From positions 36,086,001 to 36,150,000 of the forward strand of contig NC_087437.1 of assembly GCF_036321535.1 (NCBI RefSeq): a stretch of DNA of 64,000 nt. The letters are read 5' to 3'. Positions 13,838 to 26,649 of this stretch are shown piece after piece. The DNA is from Camelus dromedarius. Its lineage: Eukaryota. Position 1 is the stretch's first letter; every line of letters begins with the position of its first letter. Position numbers and translations under genes: made by a program. A model generated the notes under the pieces. It was not told the DNA's origin, made no database searches, and worked only from the letters and a program-made list of their open reading frames with translations.

Positions 13838-14944
13838 AATCAGAGAAGAATAATATATTGCTTATTTTATTTCTTTTTGAGATGAAAGATATATAATTAG
13901 ATTATTCACATGCATATTACAACAGTTGGCATTTTTACATATTTTCAAGATAAATATATCAAGATCCACTTACAGAGATAAGCCCATTTGCAAATAAACT
14001 GAGTTACTGTAAACTGAACAATGCTAATTGCTCAAGTACATTAAAACTTGGAGAGTTAAAAAGTAATTTAGATCCATGATCGTGTTAAAATGATCCCACA
14101 ATGAGTTGAATTTTTTAAAGTATACATATTTTCTTATTTAAAAAAAGTGAAATATATTAATTTAATTTTTGAGTCCTCAAAAAAGAGGAATACTTGAAGC
14201 ATTTGTGAACTTTTTATTCCAGATCTACACTAGGCCATCAAAATCACAACTGGTGAAACAGCTGACAACTTAGAAAGGGTTTAAACTTGTCTAACATTTG
14301 TCAGTTACAATATATACATCAATTTTTGAAGAGGCTGCTTTATATCTGAGAGGCAAATGTTATTTATCTCCAACTATTGTGATCCTTGATAATGCTCTCC
14401 TCAATCTGATGTTACATGTCACGTAATAAACTGATACATTTTGTAATGAGGTGCAACACACTTAAATCACCAGTGGTCTTAGAACTCCAGTTTAACAGAT
14501 AGTCTCATGGAGGTAGACTGACATCTGCACATGCTTGCATGCACACACACACACACAAGGGACAGCTTGATTTTGCCAGAGGAACAGGTAACTTTTAGTG
14601 GTGGTTTTAACGGGAGTATTTGCGGACAATATGTTTTCATGCACCTTTTTATATATTGTCCAGAACTGTTATTGATTCAGTAATTTTTTGGCACAATTTG
14701 TGGTCTAAAGTCACCATTGATAGGTTTTATTCCAAAAACATTAGATCTTGGTGGATGCCTATATATATCAATGTATGTCCGTTAATGCCTTACATTTTCT
14801 TGGAGACCTCCTGAAATTCTGTATATATATCACTATGCAGGATGATTTTTGCTTTATTTATTGCTAAATGTGTTTTTAAAATAATTGTGATTATTTCAAT
14901 CATTCAATAAAATCCATTTGGCTTTTTAATGCCATATTTTAAAA

Positions 14945-15700
14945 AACTGGAACAGAATGGAATACAGAAACAGACCCACACACATACGAGCACTTAATTT
15001 GTGACAAGTGTGGTACTGGAAATAGCCTTTTCAATAAATATTGCTGGGTAGTTGGATTTTCACATAAAGAAATAAAAATAAGCCTGAAGTCATCTCACAT
15101 TTTATTGATTCAGTCACTACTTTGGAACTAGCTTCTCCAGTTGAACATAAGCATATCTTTGAATCGGCACTTTCATTTCCCAAAATACACCCAATGGAAA
15201 ACATGTATGTGTGTACACATATCAGAATGTTAATAGCTGCATTATTTGTAATAACTCCATAATGAAATCAACCCAAATGTCCATCACTGTTAAAAAGATG
15301 ATGAACTTGAAATTATGTCCATCACACTTTAAACAGATAAATAATGAACTCAGAATTATATATGACAATTAAAATGAACAAAAAGGAACACTAAAGAACA
15401 TACACTACCAATACTTATTTTTAATTAAGGAAATTAGACAGAAAACAGTGCAATCTATATTATTCTGTTTACATAAATACTGAAATCAAATTTTAAAAAA
15501 ATAAGACAGTAGTACCTTTGAGAAGAAGGGAAAGTAGTGATTCCTAGCATGTCAGAGGGGCTTCATGAATGCTGGAAATATTCTAGGGTGTTGGTAATAT
15601 TTTATTTATTGTCTTTGATGGTGGTTCAACTTATGATAATATATTAAGCTATAAATTTTAATATGTACTTTTATTGTGTTCTTAGTATAAAAGTTTTTAA
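14945..15700 (+). mobile_element. Old L1 (L1ME-like) fragments
   Basis: ggaacagaat...cagaaacagacccacac, tcaacccaaatgtccatca and a decayed 3' UTR. Confidence 0.65.
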
Positions 15701-17294
15701 GCATATCAGTAAGTTAATAAAATTTTAGCTGCCCTAGATAGAATTAAAACCTTAAAAATAGTTTTTGTTATTAACCTGATTGAATTTTTTCATCATATAT
15801 TGGTTTGCCCATACTTAAATTCAAATTTAAAGTTAAATATTTATTTTTACACTACAAAATGTTTTATCTTACATCTTTTATCACAGAAAGGAAATTTATA
15901 ATGACAAAAATATAGACCCTGCCATTTAAAAGGCTTCTAAAAATTCAGAATGTGGTGCTGGTGATACAATAAAGTATCTATATGGTAGAGCATAATAATA
16001 GAAATACATGCAAAAATATATACTTTATACATATCCAAATAAAGAAATGACATACACTACAGCAGGAACATCTGAGCAGTTTGACTCTGGCAACTGTGTA
16101 CATATGACAGCTAAGAGACGTTTCACAAGCTGTAGCTGCATATGGTAAAATTATTCTATCAAAATTTCAATTCAAATTGGCCTAAGTCCAACTAAATATT
16201 ATTAAATATACATATAAATCTTAGAGATAAAAGATCTTTATTTCTTGTTATGTGAGTGTATATTTCCATTTAAAAAGAATCAGAAAAGGATCTAAAGTCT
16301 TAATTAAAGCCATTTGATTTACTCAGGATTTATCAATAAGATAAAGTATTTGTTTAGTTTTATAGAATCATCCAAGTTCAAATCTGGAAGGTATCTGAAA
16401 GCTCATACAGTCTAAGTCTTATTTTACAGATGTGCAAATTAAAATCTTTTGAAGTTAGACAAGAGAGGCATAGTAGCAAGAGATAGCAACTTACAGTCAT
16501 ATGAAGGAAAGCAATATAACAGCTGGTCTTTGCATACAACTGTCTTTCTCAAATGGTATTACACATATACAAACACACAAATAAAATTTGGAAATTACTA
16601 ACTAATCAATTAACATCTTAGTCAAATATATTTGAAAAATTAGCATTCAATAGCACCCTCCTAAAGATTAATAATACATATTAGTAGTTACTAATGGATC
16701 ATACAATAGATATTCATGGATATAAAAAGATCACAAAAGTTCCACAGGTTGAAATAAGATTAATTTAGATTTTTCCCAAGGTTATCTGGCCAGAGAATAC
16801 ACTACTTCCCATGCCCCATAAGCCTTACTAGAGAACTGTTCAGGATGAATTCTTGTAGTTTTTATTGACTGAGGCAGAGGTGCAATGATAAGAGACTTCT
16901 AACTAAACCCCTGAGGTTTCTCTACCCCACTTCAAGGAGAACAGACAGAGACTGGGTGGTCAAAAAAGATATGCAGTAATTTTTTGCTTCTATGTCTGCT
17001 AAGTAAAATTTGAACTTCTATAGGTAAATATATTCTATCTGGAAATTTCAAGGCCCTAGAATAGTGCCTACTTTAGGATTACAGTTTAAAATCTCCCTCC
17101 ATTTGTTATTAATTCCTTTAGAGATTATTTTCTTTAGTTCACCCTGGTTATTCAAGTATAGCTGGAATTTTAGACTGCTCTACTATATTTTTACAAAGTA
17201 AGGGCCTTTCATGGGAGATTTCTTTCATGGGAGGAATATGTGAATATGCTTTGTAAAGTTAAAAGTACTGACAAATGTTACATCCAATACTCCA

Positions 17295-17520
17295 TTATCC
17301 ATTCAACATTATTACCAAGTACTTAACCTATACATAGGCTCTCAGTTACAAGGAGGAAAGAAAAAAATGATTCTTGTCCCCAAAGAACTTGAACATGGAA
17401 GAGGATGTTTGTAAGTAAAAATAAGTGGTATTCATTTTGAAATCTCAGCATGAAATAAATTCTATAGGAGGACAATTTAAGAAGTAAAAGAATAACTGAA
17501 TGGGGGAGGGAAAAGTGGGT
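17295..17520 (-). mobile_element. L2 3' fragment
   Basis: ccattcaacattatta...ttcttgtccccaaagaactt pattern typical of antisense L2 ends. Confidence 0.45.
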
Positions 17521-17539
17521 AAAAGAACAATCACAGTTC

Positions 17540-19260
17540 TGATTTCCATTTCCCTGATGACTGGGGCATTGAGCCTCTCTTATTGTTATATCTGTTAACC
17601 ATTTGTATATCTTCTTTGTAAAAAGTCTATTCAAATTCTTAGCCTGTTATGTAATCACATTATTAGTTTTTGGCTATTAAGTTATAAGAGTGTCTTCTAT
17701 ATTTTGGAAATTAACCTCTTATCAGATGTAAATGGCCTGCGAATATTTTCTCCCATTCCACAGGTTGCTTTTTTGGTCTGTTGATTGTTTCCTTTGCTGT
17801 GCAGAAGCTTTTTGGCTTGATGGAATCATGTTTATTCTTGCTTTTGTTGCCTGTTCTTTTGGTATCTTATCCATGAAATCATTGCTAAGACCACTATCGT
17901 GAAGACTTTTCCCTATATTTTCTTCTAGGATCTTCATAATTTCAGATCTTACATTTTAAGTCTTTAATCCATTTTGAGTTGATTTTTGTGTATAAGACAA
18001 AGGTCAATTTCATTCTCTTGCATGTGAAAATCCAGTTTGCCCAGTATCAGTTGAAAAGATGGACCTTTTTCCCTTTCATCTTGGCACTCTTGTCAAAGAT
18101 TAGTTTACAATATATGCATGGGATTACTGGGGGTTCCCTATTTTGTTCCTTTGGTTATATATCTGTCTTTGCAAGTATCATACTATTTTAATTACTGTAG
18201 CTTTATAATTTATTTTGAAGTCATATGGTGATATCTCTAGCTTTGTTTACCTTTCTCAAGACTGTTTTGGCTATTCAGGTACCTTTGTGATTTTATCTAA
18301 ATTTTAGGAAGGTTTTTTCTGATTCTGCAAAAAATAACATTGGGGTTTTGATAGAGATTGCATTGAATCTGCAGATCTCTTTGTGTAGTATGTATATTTT
18401 AACAATATTGTCTTCTAATTGATGGATTTAGATTTCTCCATTTACTTGTGTCTTCTTTAATTTCATATTTATGAGTTTTCACTAGACAACTCTTTACCTC
18501 CTTAGTTAAGTTTATTCATAAGTATTTCATTCTTGTTAATGCTATTGTAAGTGAAGTTGTTTCCATGATTTCCTTTTCAGGAAGTTTGCTGTCAGTATAT
18601 GAAAATGCAACTGATATTTGTATGTTGACTTTTTTATGTTGATTTTTGTATCCTACAACTTTACTGAATTTGTTTATGAGTTATAAAGTTTTCTTGTAGT
18701 GTCTTTAGGGTTTTCTACATATAAGATCATGTCATCTGCAAACAAAGACAATATTACTTTCCCCTTCTGATTTAAATACTTTTTCTTTTTCTTGCCTCAT
18801 TGGTTTAAACAGTGGTCTGCTTTGAATAGAGGCTAAAATGGGCATCCTTCCCGTTCCTGACCTTAGAAGTAAAGATACTATTCAAAAAGAAAATACTAAT
18901 TCAATAACCATGATGAATATGGTTGCAAAAATTTTCAACCAAAAGCAGTCATTTGTATTCAGCAGCACATTAAAAAGATAATATACCATCATCAAGTGGG
19001 ATTCATCCCTGGGATACAAGAATGGTTCAGCATATAAAAATTAGTTAATGTGATACGCCACTAACACAATGAAGGATTAAAAAATTACATCATCATCTCA
19101 ATGGATGCAGAAAAAGTGTTTAAACACACCTGCATGATAAACTCTGAATAAACTAATAGAGGAAAATCATATCAACATAATGAAGGCTATGTATGAAAAT
19201 CTCACAGCTAACATCATACCTAAGTGTGAAACAGTAGTCTTTTCTCTTAAGAATGGAAAA
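17540..19260 (-). mobile_element. L1M ORF2 fragment with inverted 5' segment (minus 17540-18876, plus 18884-19260)
   Basis: ORF 17722..17937 gives the L1 ORF2 peptide [27 protein letters not shown]. The plus-strand part is the RT region immediately upstream in L1 coordinates. Confidence 0.85.
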
Positions 19261-21089
19261 TAACTATGAATTTAAAATATATATTCATTTCTTCTTTTTT
19301 CAATGTTTAATCATTTTGCCTATTTTTATAAAATAGATATTATAGCACTTTTTATTACAGAGAATACTACAGCATATTTTACATGAGATAATGATTAATT
19401 ATTTAATTACATCCCTTATTTACAGAGAAGTCGAAGGTGCTATTTTATGTGAACTAAAATAAGTTACTAATTATTATAGTATTATGACTTTCTGAGCAGA
19501 GTATATATTTGAAAATGTTTTAAAATAATTTTATTTTGCATTGGAGAACTCTAAGGATGAGAATAAAAACTATTGTCCAAGGAATTAGAAAATTCACTGA
19601 AGGAGAAAACATTACAGTTTACTTAAAATAACCTCCTAGAGCAAGCAAAAACAACCACCACCAAGATAAAAAATTAATGGGATATCAACTATTTAAAAAT
19701 ATTTGAAACAGAATAATATATTTTTATTAGACAATCTTTGACAATTCCAACTTCTCACATAAAATTTAAAAGTCTTGATGCTAAATTACTAACATGACTA
19801 GGTTACTCTAGAACACAAAAATTGACTTAGATTTATTCAAAATGTTTCACTTATATAGACTATGATCTGATAATTAATGATAATGCTTCACATAGAGTCA
19901 TCCAGAATCTGTATTTTCAGATAAATTTTGAAGTTTGTATTAAATGTATTCTATTAGCTCATATACATATATTGAAATATAAAAATGTAGTAACATAATA
20001 TAATACAAAATATATATACAACTCAATCATCATGAAAGTCCAAGAAGTAATATTAGTTGAATGAATTTACAAAAGAGAAAATTTGCAATCAGAGAATTTA
20101 AATATATTATCCAAGATCACATAGCTAGTGTGTGGTCAAAGCAAGTGAAAATTTCAGTTATTTTATCTCAAAATTCTAATTTTTCCACACTATGACAAAT
20201 TTAAAAAATCATTGCTTGGAATGAGAGGGAAGTTTGAAAAATTAACAGAATTGTTGCAGATCCTTATCAGTAAGAAAGGAAAGAATGAATTTTATACACA
20301 AAAATGAGACAGCCTACTGGGCATTCTGAAACCTCTTCAACTTATGCATCATGGGTGATAAACAGCCTACCCGAATGAAAGGGTGGAGGAGGATCCTCAT
20401 AGGTGTGACATAACTGGAAAAAAGTGTTCATGGAGCACTTTTTCAAAAAAACTATACTTTGTTTTCTTCTGCACCACTGGTCCAAATGGCTTTTGCTTCC
20501 ACTATCCACAGGATTTTTGCTGCAATAATCAACCTGTGCCTCTCTGTCCCAGGAAAACAATCCCTGACGGTTTGGGAAGCTAGAGATTAGAAGATGAGAC
20601 AGTGCACTCAGCCCATGTTTCATGAAATATTTATATTGGAGGAAACTGATAAAAACTTCATTAAAAAATAATTTAAGGAATTTCAAGTCCAGCACAAACA
20701 TCCAAACAAAAACAAAGAGCCTTTCTATATCTAATTTTAAAACCGTATTTCCAAATAAATTGAAGGAAAGTAATAGTATTAGACATTGATGTGAATCATA
20801 TCTTTTATAAAGCAGAAAATATGGGTTAAAATTATAAGGGCATATGAAAGAGACTTGAGGAATAAAGTTAGCAGATTAATATTCAAAAAGTGTAAGTTCA
20901 AGAAAGAGAGGAAATAACCAACCAAATAATAGAAGTAAATGTTTCTGTGATGAAAAAAAAAAAAAAAAAGACTTGAATTTTCCAAATGAAAGGGTTCACT
21001 AATTTCCAAGCTGGGTTGATAATGGTAACAAAATAATAATAGAAATAACAACAATAGCAATAATAATAGTTTTTTTTAATAGAATGCAG

Positions 21090-21262
21090 TTTTATAGTGC
21101 TTACTATGTGCCAAGCACAGCTCTAAGCATTTTCTGTATACTAACTAATGTAACACTTGTAGTGACCCTGAGTTAAGCCCTATTTTATAGTTGAGGAATC
21201 TGTGGCACAGACATATCAAGTAACTAAGTTAAGTGGCCGTCAGAGGCCATGCTCTTAACATT
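21090..21262 (-). mobile_element. MIR SINE
   Basis: gtgcttactatgtgccaagcacagctctaagcatttt...cctattttatagttgaggaatctgtggcacaga core. Confidence 0.75.
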
Positions 21263-21273
21263 TACTGACTCTT

Positions 21274-23351
21274 TTTTTCCCTCAGCCTGTATCTGTAAAT
21301 CTCAAACTCCCAATTTATCCCTTCCCACCCACTTTCCCGCCTGGTAACCACAAGTTTGTTTTCCACAACTGTGAGTCTGTTTCAGTTTTGTAAATAAGTT
21401 CATTTGTCTTTTTTTTTTTTATTCAGTTTCCACATATGAGTGATATCATGTGGTATTTTTTTTTTGTCTTTCTGGCCTCACTTAGAATGACATTCTCCAG
21501 GTCCATCCCTGTTGCTGCAAATGGCATTGTTTTATTATTTTTTATAGCTGAGTAGTATTCCATTATATAAATACACCACAGCTTTTTTATCCAGTTATCT
21601 GTCGATGGACGTTTAGGTTGTTTCCATATCTTGGCTATTGTAAATAGTGCTGTTGTGGACACTGGGGTGCAAGTATCTTTTTAAATTAATTTAAATTTAT
21701 TTGCATATGCCCAGGAGTGGGATTGTTGGATCCTACGGTAAGTCACCTTTTAGTCTTTTGAGGAATCTCCACACTGCTTTTCATAATGGCTGCACCAAAC
21801 TACATAACCAACAACAATATAGGAGGGTTCCCTTTCCTCCACACTCTCCTCAGCGTTTATCATTTGTGGACTTTTGAATGACGGCCATTCTGACTGGTGT
21901 GAGGTGATACCTCATGGTAGTTTTGATTTGCATTTCTCTGATAATTAGCAATAATGAGCATTTTTTCATATGCCTATTGGCCATTTGTATGACTTCATTG
22001 GAGAATTGCTTGTTTAGCTCTTCTGCCTATCTTTGGATTGTGTTGTTTTTTTCTTATGAAGTTGTATGAGCTATTTATATATTCTGGAAATTAGGCCCTT
22101 GTCAGTCTCATCTTTTGCAAATATTTTCTCCAGTTCTGTAGGTTGTCTTTTTGTTATGCTTATGGTTTCCTTTGTTGTGCAAAGCTTATAAGTTTAATTA
22201 GGTCCCATTTGTTTTGCCTGGGTAGATTGCCGTAGGAGAACATTGCTGAGATTTATGTCAGATAATGTTTTGCCTATGTTTTCTTCTAAGAGGTTTATAG
22301 TGTCTTCTCTTTAAGCCATTTTGAGTTTATTTTTGTGTATGGTGTGAGGGAGTATTCTAATTTCATTGATTTACATGCAGCTGTCCAATTTTCCCAACAC
22401 CATTTACTGAGGAGACTGTCTTTACTCCATTGTGTGTTCTTGCCTTCTTTGTCAAGATTAGTTGACCAAAAGTACATGGGTTTATTTCTGGGTCTTCTAT
22501 TCTGTCCCATTGATCCATATGTATGTTTTTGTACCAAAACCATGCTGTTTTGATTACTGTAGCTCTGTAGTATTGTCTGAAGTCTGGGAGAGTTATTCCT
22601 CTAGCTTCATTCTTTTTCTTCAGTATTGCTTTGGCAATTCTGGGTCTTTTGTGATTCCATATAAATTTTAGGATTGAGTTCTGTGAAAAATGTCCTGGTT
22701 AATTTGATAGAGATTGCATTAAATGTGTACATTGCTTTGGGTAGTATGGCCATTTTAACAAAATTAATTTGTCCAATCCAAGAACATGAGCTATCTTTCC
22801 ATTTCTTTAAGTCATCTTTAATTTCCTTAGTCATTGTTTTGTAGTTCTCCACATATAAATCTTTCACTTCCTTGGTCAGATTTATTCCTAAGTATCTTTT
22901 TTTTTTTTGGATGCAATTTTAAAAGGGATGTTTCCTTTACTTTCCTTTTCTGATATTTCATTGTTAGTGTAAAGAAATGCCATTGATTTCTGTATGTTAG
23001 CCTTGTATCCTGCTATGTTGCTGAATTCTTTTATCAGCTCTAGTAGTTGTGTGGAGCCTTTAGGGTTTTCTATATATAGTATCATGTCATCTGCATATGA
23101 TGATAATTTTACCTCTTCTCTTCCAATTTGGATCCCTTTTATTTCTTTTTCTTGTCCAATTGCTATATCTAGGACTTCCAGTACTATATTGAATAGAAGT
23201 GGGGAGAGTCGGCATCCTTGTCTTGTTCCATATTTTAGCAGGAAGGCTTTCAGTTTTTCATCATTGAGTATTATCCTGGCTGTAGGTTTATCATAAGTAG
23301 TTTTTATTATGTTTAGATATGTTCCCTGTTTGCCCACTTTGGTAAGAGTTT
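21274..23351 (-). mobile_element. 5'-truncated young LINE-1 (~2.1 kb) with TSD
   Basis: ORF2 peptides including the RT motif YADDMILY (ORF 22888..23358). TSD ttaacat(t/g)tactgactctt at 21255-21273 and 23352-23370 (18/19 match). Confidence 0.95.
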
Positions 23352-26300
23352 TTAACATGTACTGACTCTTGAAGAAGTAATATGCAGATCCCCAAATACA
23401 TCAGAAAGCCAAAATTAGAGAATGTCTTACAAACTTTGGGACAGCAATAACCTCCCAAGGAAAAATAAGCAGATGGACATCATATTAACTGTAAGCTCAA
23501 AAACAATAAATTAGATATCGTCCATTTCATATAGCTTAAAAAATTTTATTAGGAATACATACAAATTCAGAATGTTTAATAAATCTGAAGCAGTCAAGAA
23601 AAGTGTAATCAATTAAAATGAAACAGCACAAAGGAAATGTACAAAGAAAAAAGGAAAGCAAATACTCATGAGCAATGACACTTGCTACATATATATTTCA
23701 ATTTATGTTTAAATATGGTGTTAGGTTACATTTCTTAAGACTCCAGGGACCAACTCCACAAAATCTTTACGTAAGGCTTGAGAATTAATGTTAAAGCATT
23801 CTTAAGATTTCAAAGGGTTGAAAGAAGACAGGGACTGAAACATGTCCCTTGGGATGGAAGGATAGGTGAGGGTAAATTCTTTTTGTGGAATAGACACTGT
23901 ATCTAGGAGAGGGAGTAGTTCATGTTGCTTTTCAAATAACAGAAAAAACATGGTTGTGGACGAGAAAAGGTTTAAAGATGGATTTGAACCTTACTGTTTA
24001 ATTTCCTACTTAACAATGTGTGATAATACCCAAGAAATTTTTTAAAAGACATGAAGAATAATGTTTGCATATAGGTTTGCTGGGGATTATGGTCGAGGAG
24101 GAAAAATAGCCTAATCAGATACGAGAATACAGATTGTTATAACTGCTCATGGCTTTAGTGGAACAGAATAGAGAATCTACAAACAGAACTTAGTATATTT
24201 GAAAACTTAGTATTTGCTAGTTGAGAGTCAAAAGAATGGTTATTTAATAGGGTTGTCAATTCAATTAGCTATGTGTCTATAAATAAAATATAACCAAATA
24301 CAAAAATAAATTCTGGATGGACTCAATAGTTAAAATAATCCAAATAGAGTATTCAAAATACACAGCACTTAAAAAGAGTAGGGAGAATTAAGCGTGTAGT
24401 TTCACAGAAAAGAAGAGAAGTGATGGCAATTAAGAGGCCCCATGTCTTTTCAGTCTACTAGGAATGAATATAATTGACAGTGACTCACAGGTTAAGTGAT
24501 TCCTCTTAGACCATAAACTGAGTGCTGCTAAAACCATAGCTTTAGTTACTTGTTCCAAGGTGGGCAATTGGGGATTGAATTGAAGATCAACGAGCAAGTT
24601 CTCTCCTCCTCCAAGGATGTTAACAACAAAGCAAAGAGTTATTTTTGAATTGTTTACTCTTGAAAGAACTAGTCAAGATGAGGATTTAATTTCTGTAGTT
24701 ACAATAGTTTTACCTTGTTCCAAAGACAAAATTTAGTAATTCTAGGAAACAAATTTTTTTTTTTCTGGCCAGGTCTTGCTGAAAATTAAAAAGTTTTCTC
24801 CAGTTTATTTGCTCCCCTCCCCAAATTTACATGTTTAAATGAGCATTTCTACCTTCCACTGACCAATCAAATACCAAGAATGTTATGTAAAACTCCATGA
24901 GTTTCATTAATATGTTTATAAAACATGGTATTTTTCTGTTTAAAAACGGATTCAAAATTACAAATATACACTAAATTCTTATTTTTAAAAAATATTTGAC
25001 AAAAAGATGTATGAAAATGAATAAGACTAGAAGTTGGAATCTTTTTTAAATAGTCTTCATTAAACATAGGCTATGCTTGCTTTCAAAATGTAGGTAAATG
25101 ATAACTATACTAGGAGCTATATTACAAAATTTTACTCCTGCTGACCTGGTCATTCCCCATGCCTTCTATACAGTTACACAAAAGATAGTTTATCTGATAG
25201 ATTGAGATAAATATTTCTCTTCCACATTGCTCTGGAAGAAGAGTTATATTAGAGATGAAAGAAAAAGTATTAGTTGCAAAGAAAACCTAATAATTAAGAA
25301 TTTAGATAATTCCAGAATTTTAATTTCCAAAATGAAGACTCAAATTAAGTTTGTCTTTATAAATAAACACATAGATTAATTGGCTAGTATAAAATACCAC
25401 CATCTTTTCCCTTATAAATATGCTTGAAATAAAGCCATTATCTTTATTTGAAGAGGAAAATACAGAAGTCGGTATCTTGTCTGGTTCATCCCCCTTACCC
25501 ACCTTGCTTCCCTCATCTCAGCCTCAGCATTGTACCACAGGGGTTCTCATGTGACATCACCTAGGGTAAAAAATGAGTGGTGAACAAGAACACTCTACTT
25601 TGAAAATAAAACTTCCTAGAAGTTTGAATTTAATGAAAAACAAGTGAAAAAGTCAAAAGCACAGAAAGACTATCAGACTAACAGGTGTTATTTAATGTTT
25701 CAATTTCTGTCTTTTTCTCATATACCAGTTCAACATAGGACAGGACATATGGTGAATGCCTGAGTTTGCCTTTCCTTTTGATGGTGTTTTACCTGCTTCT
25801 TATTTCCTTTTCTCATCACGAGTTTGTATAAATTGTTTCTCACTGTGTTCTCTTGCTTTTATTTTCATGTATGGTTTTCTCAATATTTTTCCTATTAATT
25901 CCTTTATATAAAAGCCTCTCACACTAAGAATTTGAAAGAGATGTCTGCCCAGTCTCTATTTTAATTAGTAGAATTCTTTAACCACTTTCTGGAACCATGT
26001 ACCATCATGGAATGTTCTTTTTACTATTGGATAATAGCCTCAATTTTCTTTTCCTGTCCTTTACTCAGTCATTTCAACTCAGACTGACATTCTAAATTTC
26101 ATTTTTTATAATGTATTTAAACATTAAAATGGAAAATGTATCTGTCCTGCTGCAAGTATTCAATTATATTCTTTTGACATTAATTACATTTTATATGTCC
26201 ATAAACACATATTATGCTCACAGTGTGCTTCTTTGAGCTTTCTTTCATAGAGGGTAATTATATAAAAATGAAATGTAAGTGAAGCATAGTCAATTTAAGT

Positions 26301-26649
26301 ATACAATGTGTGGACAAAAATAAATAAAACAGAAGAGAAGAGTCGCTTCTCTCTTTATTGACTACCTCCTTCAGAGACAGATGGGTGTTTGTTCTGGTTT
26401 TTCAGATACTGTTAGTTCCAATTTATATTCCCAGTTTAAAGATGGTACAGGCATATTCATCACTAATTACCAAATAAATTACATTAAGCAAATACTCACT
26501 AGGTGCTTTATATGTGAGCGAGGGAAAATAATAAAGAGAAAATAATTTTAGATAGGAGGTATTGGCTTCATTCTTAATTTGACTAGGTCAAATCTCACCA
26601 TGGGGGTATCATAAAAGCACTCAGGTGAGGATGTTATAAGTTGAAAGAT

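Noticed and set aside
17205..17232. Short tandem duplications (ctttcatgggag x2; similar ones near 10400-10450, 31955-31978 and 47170-47192)
   Set aside because: Ordinary slippage-type micro-duplications with no higher-order pattern.
20342..21060. ORFs of 66-119 aa in AT-rich sequence
   Set aside because: Low-complexity F/L/I-rich translations, no convincing splice-site pair, and no recognisable homology.
22335..23296. Plus-strand hydrophobic ORFs (also 28697..28996, 35796..37162, 60688..61025)
   Set aside because: They are antisense readings of L1 ORF2 or its 3' UTR, a common artefact.
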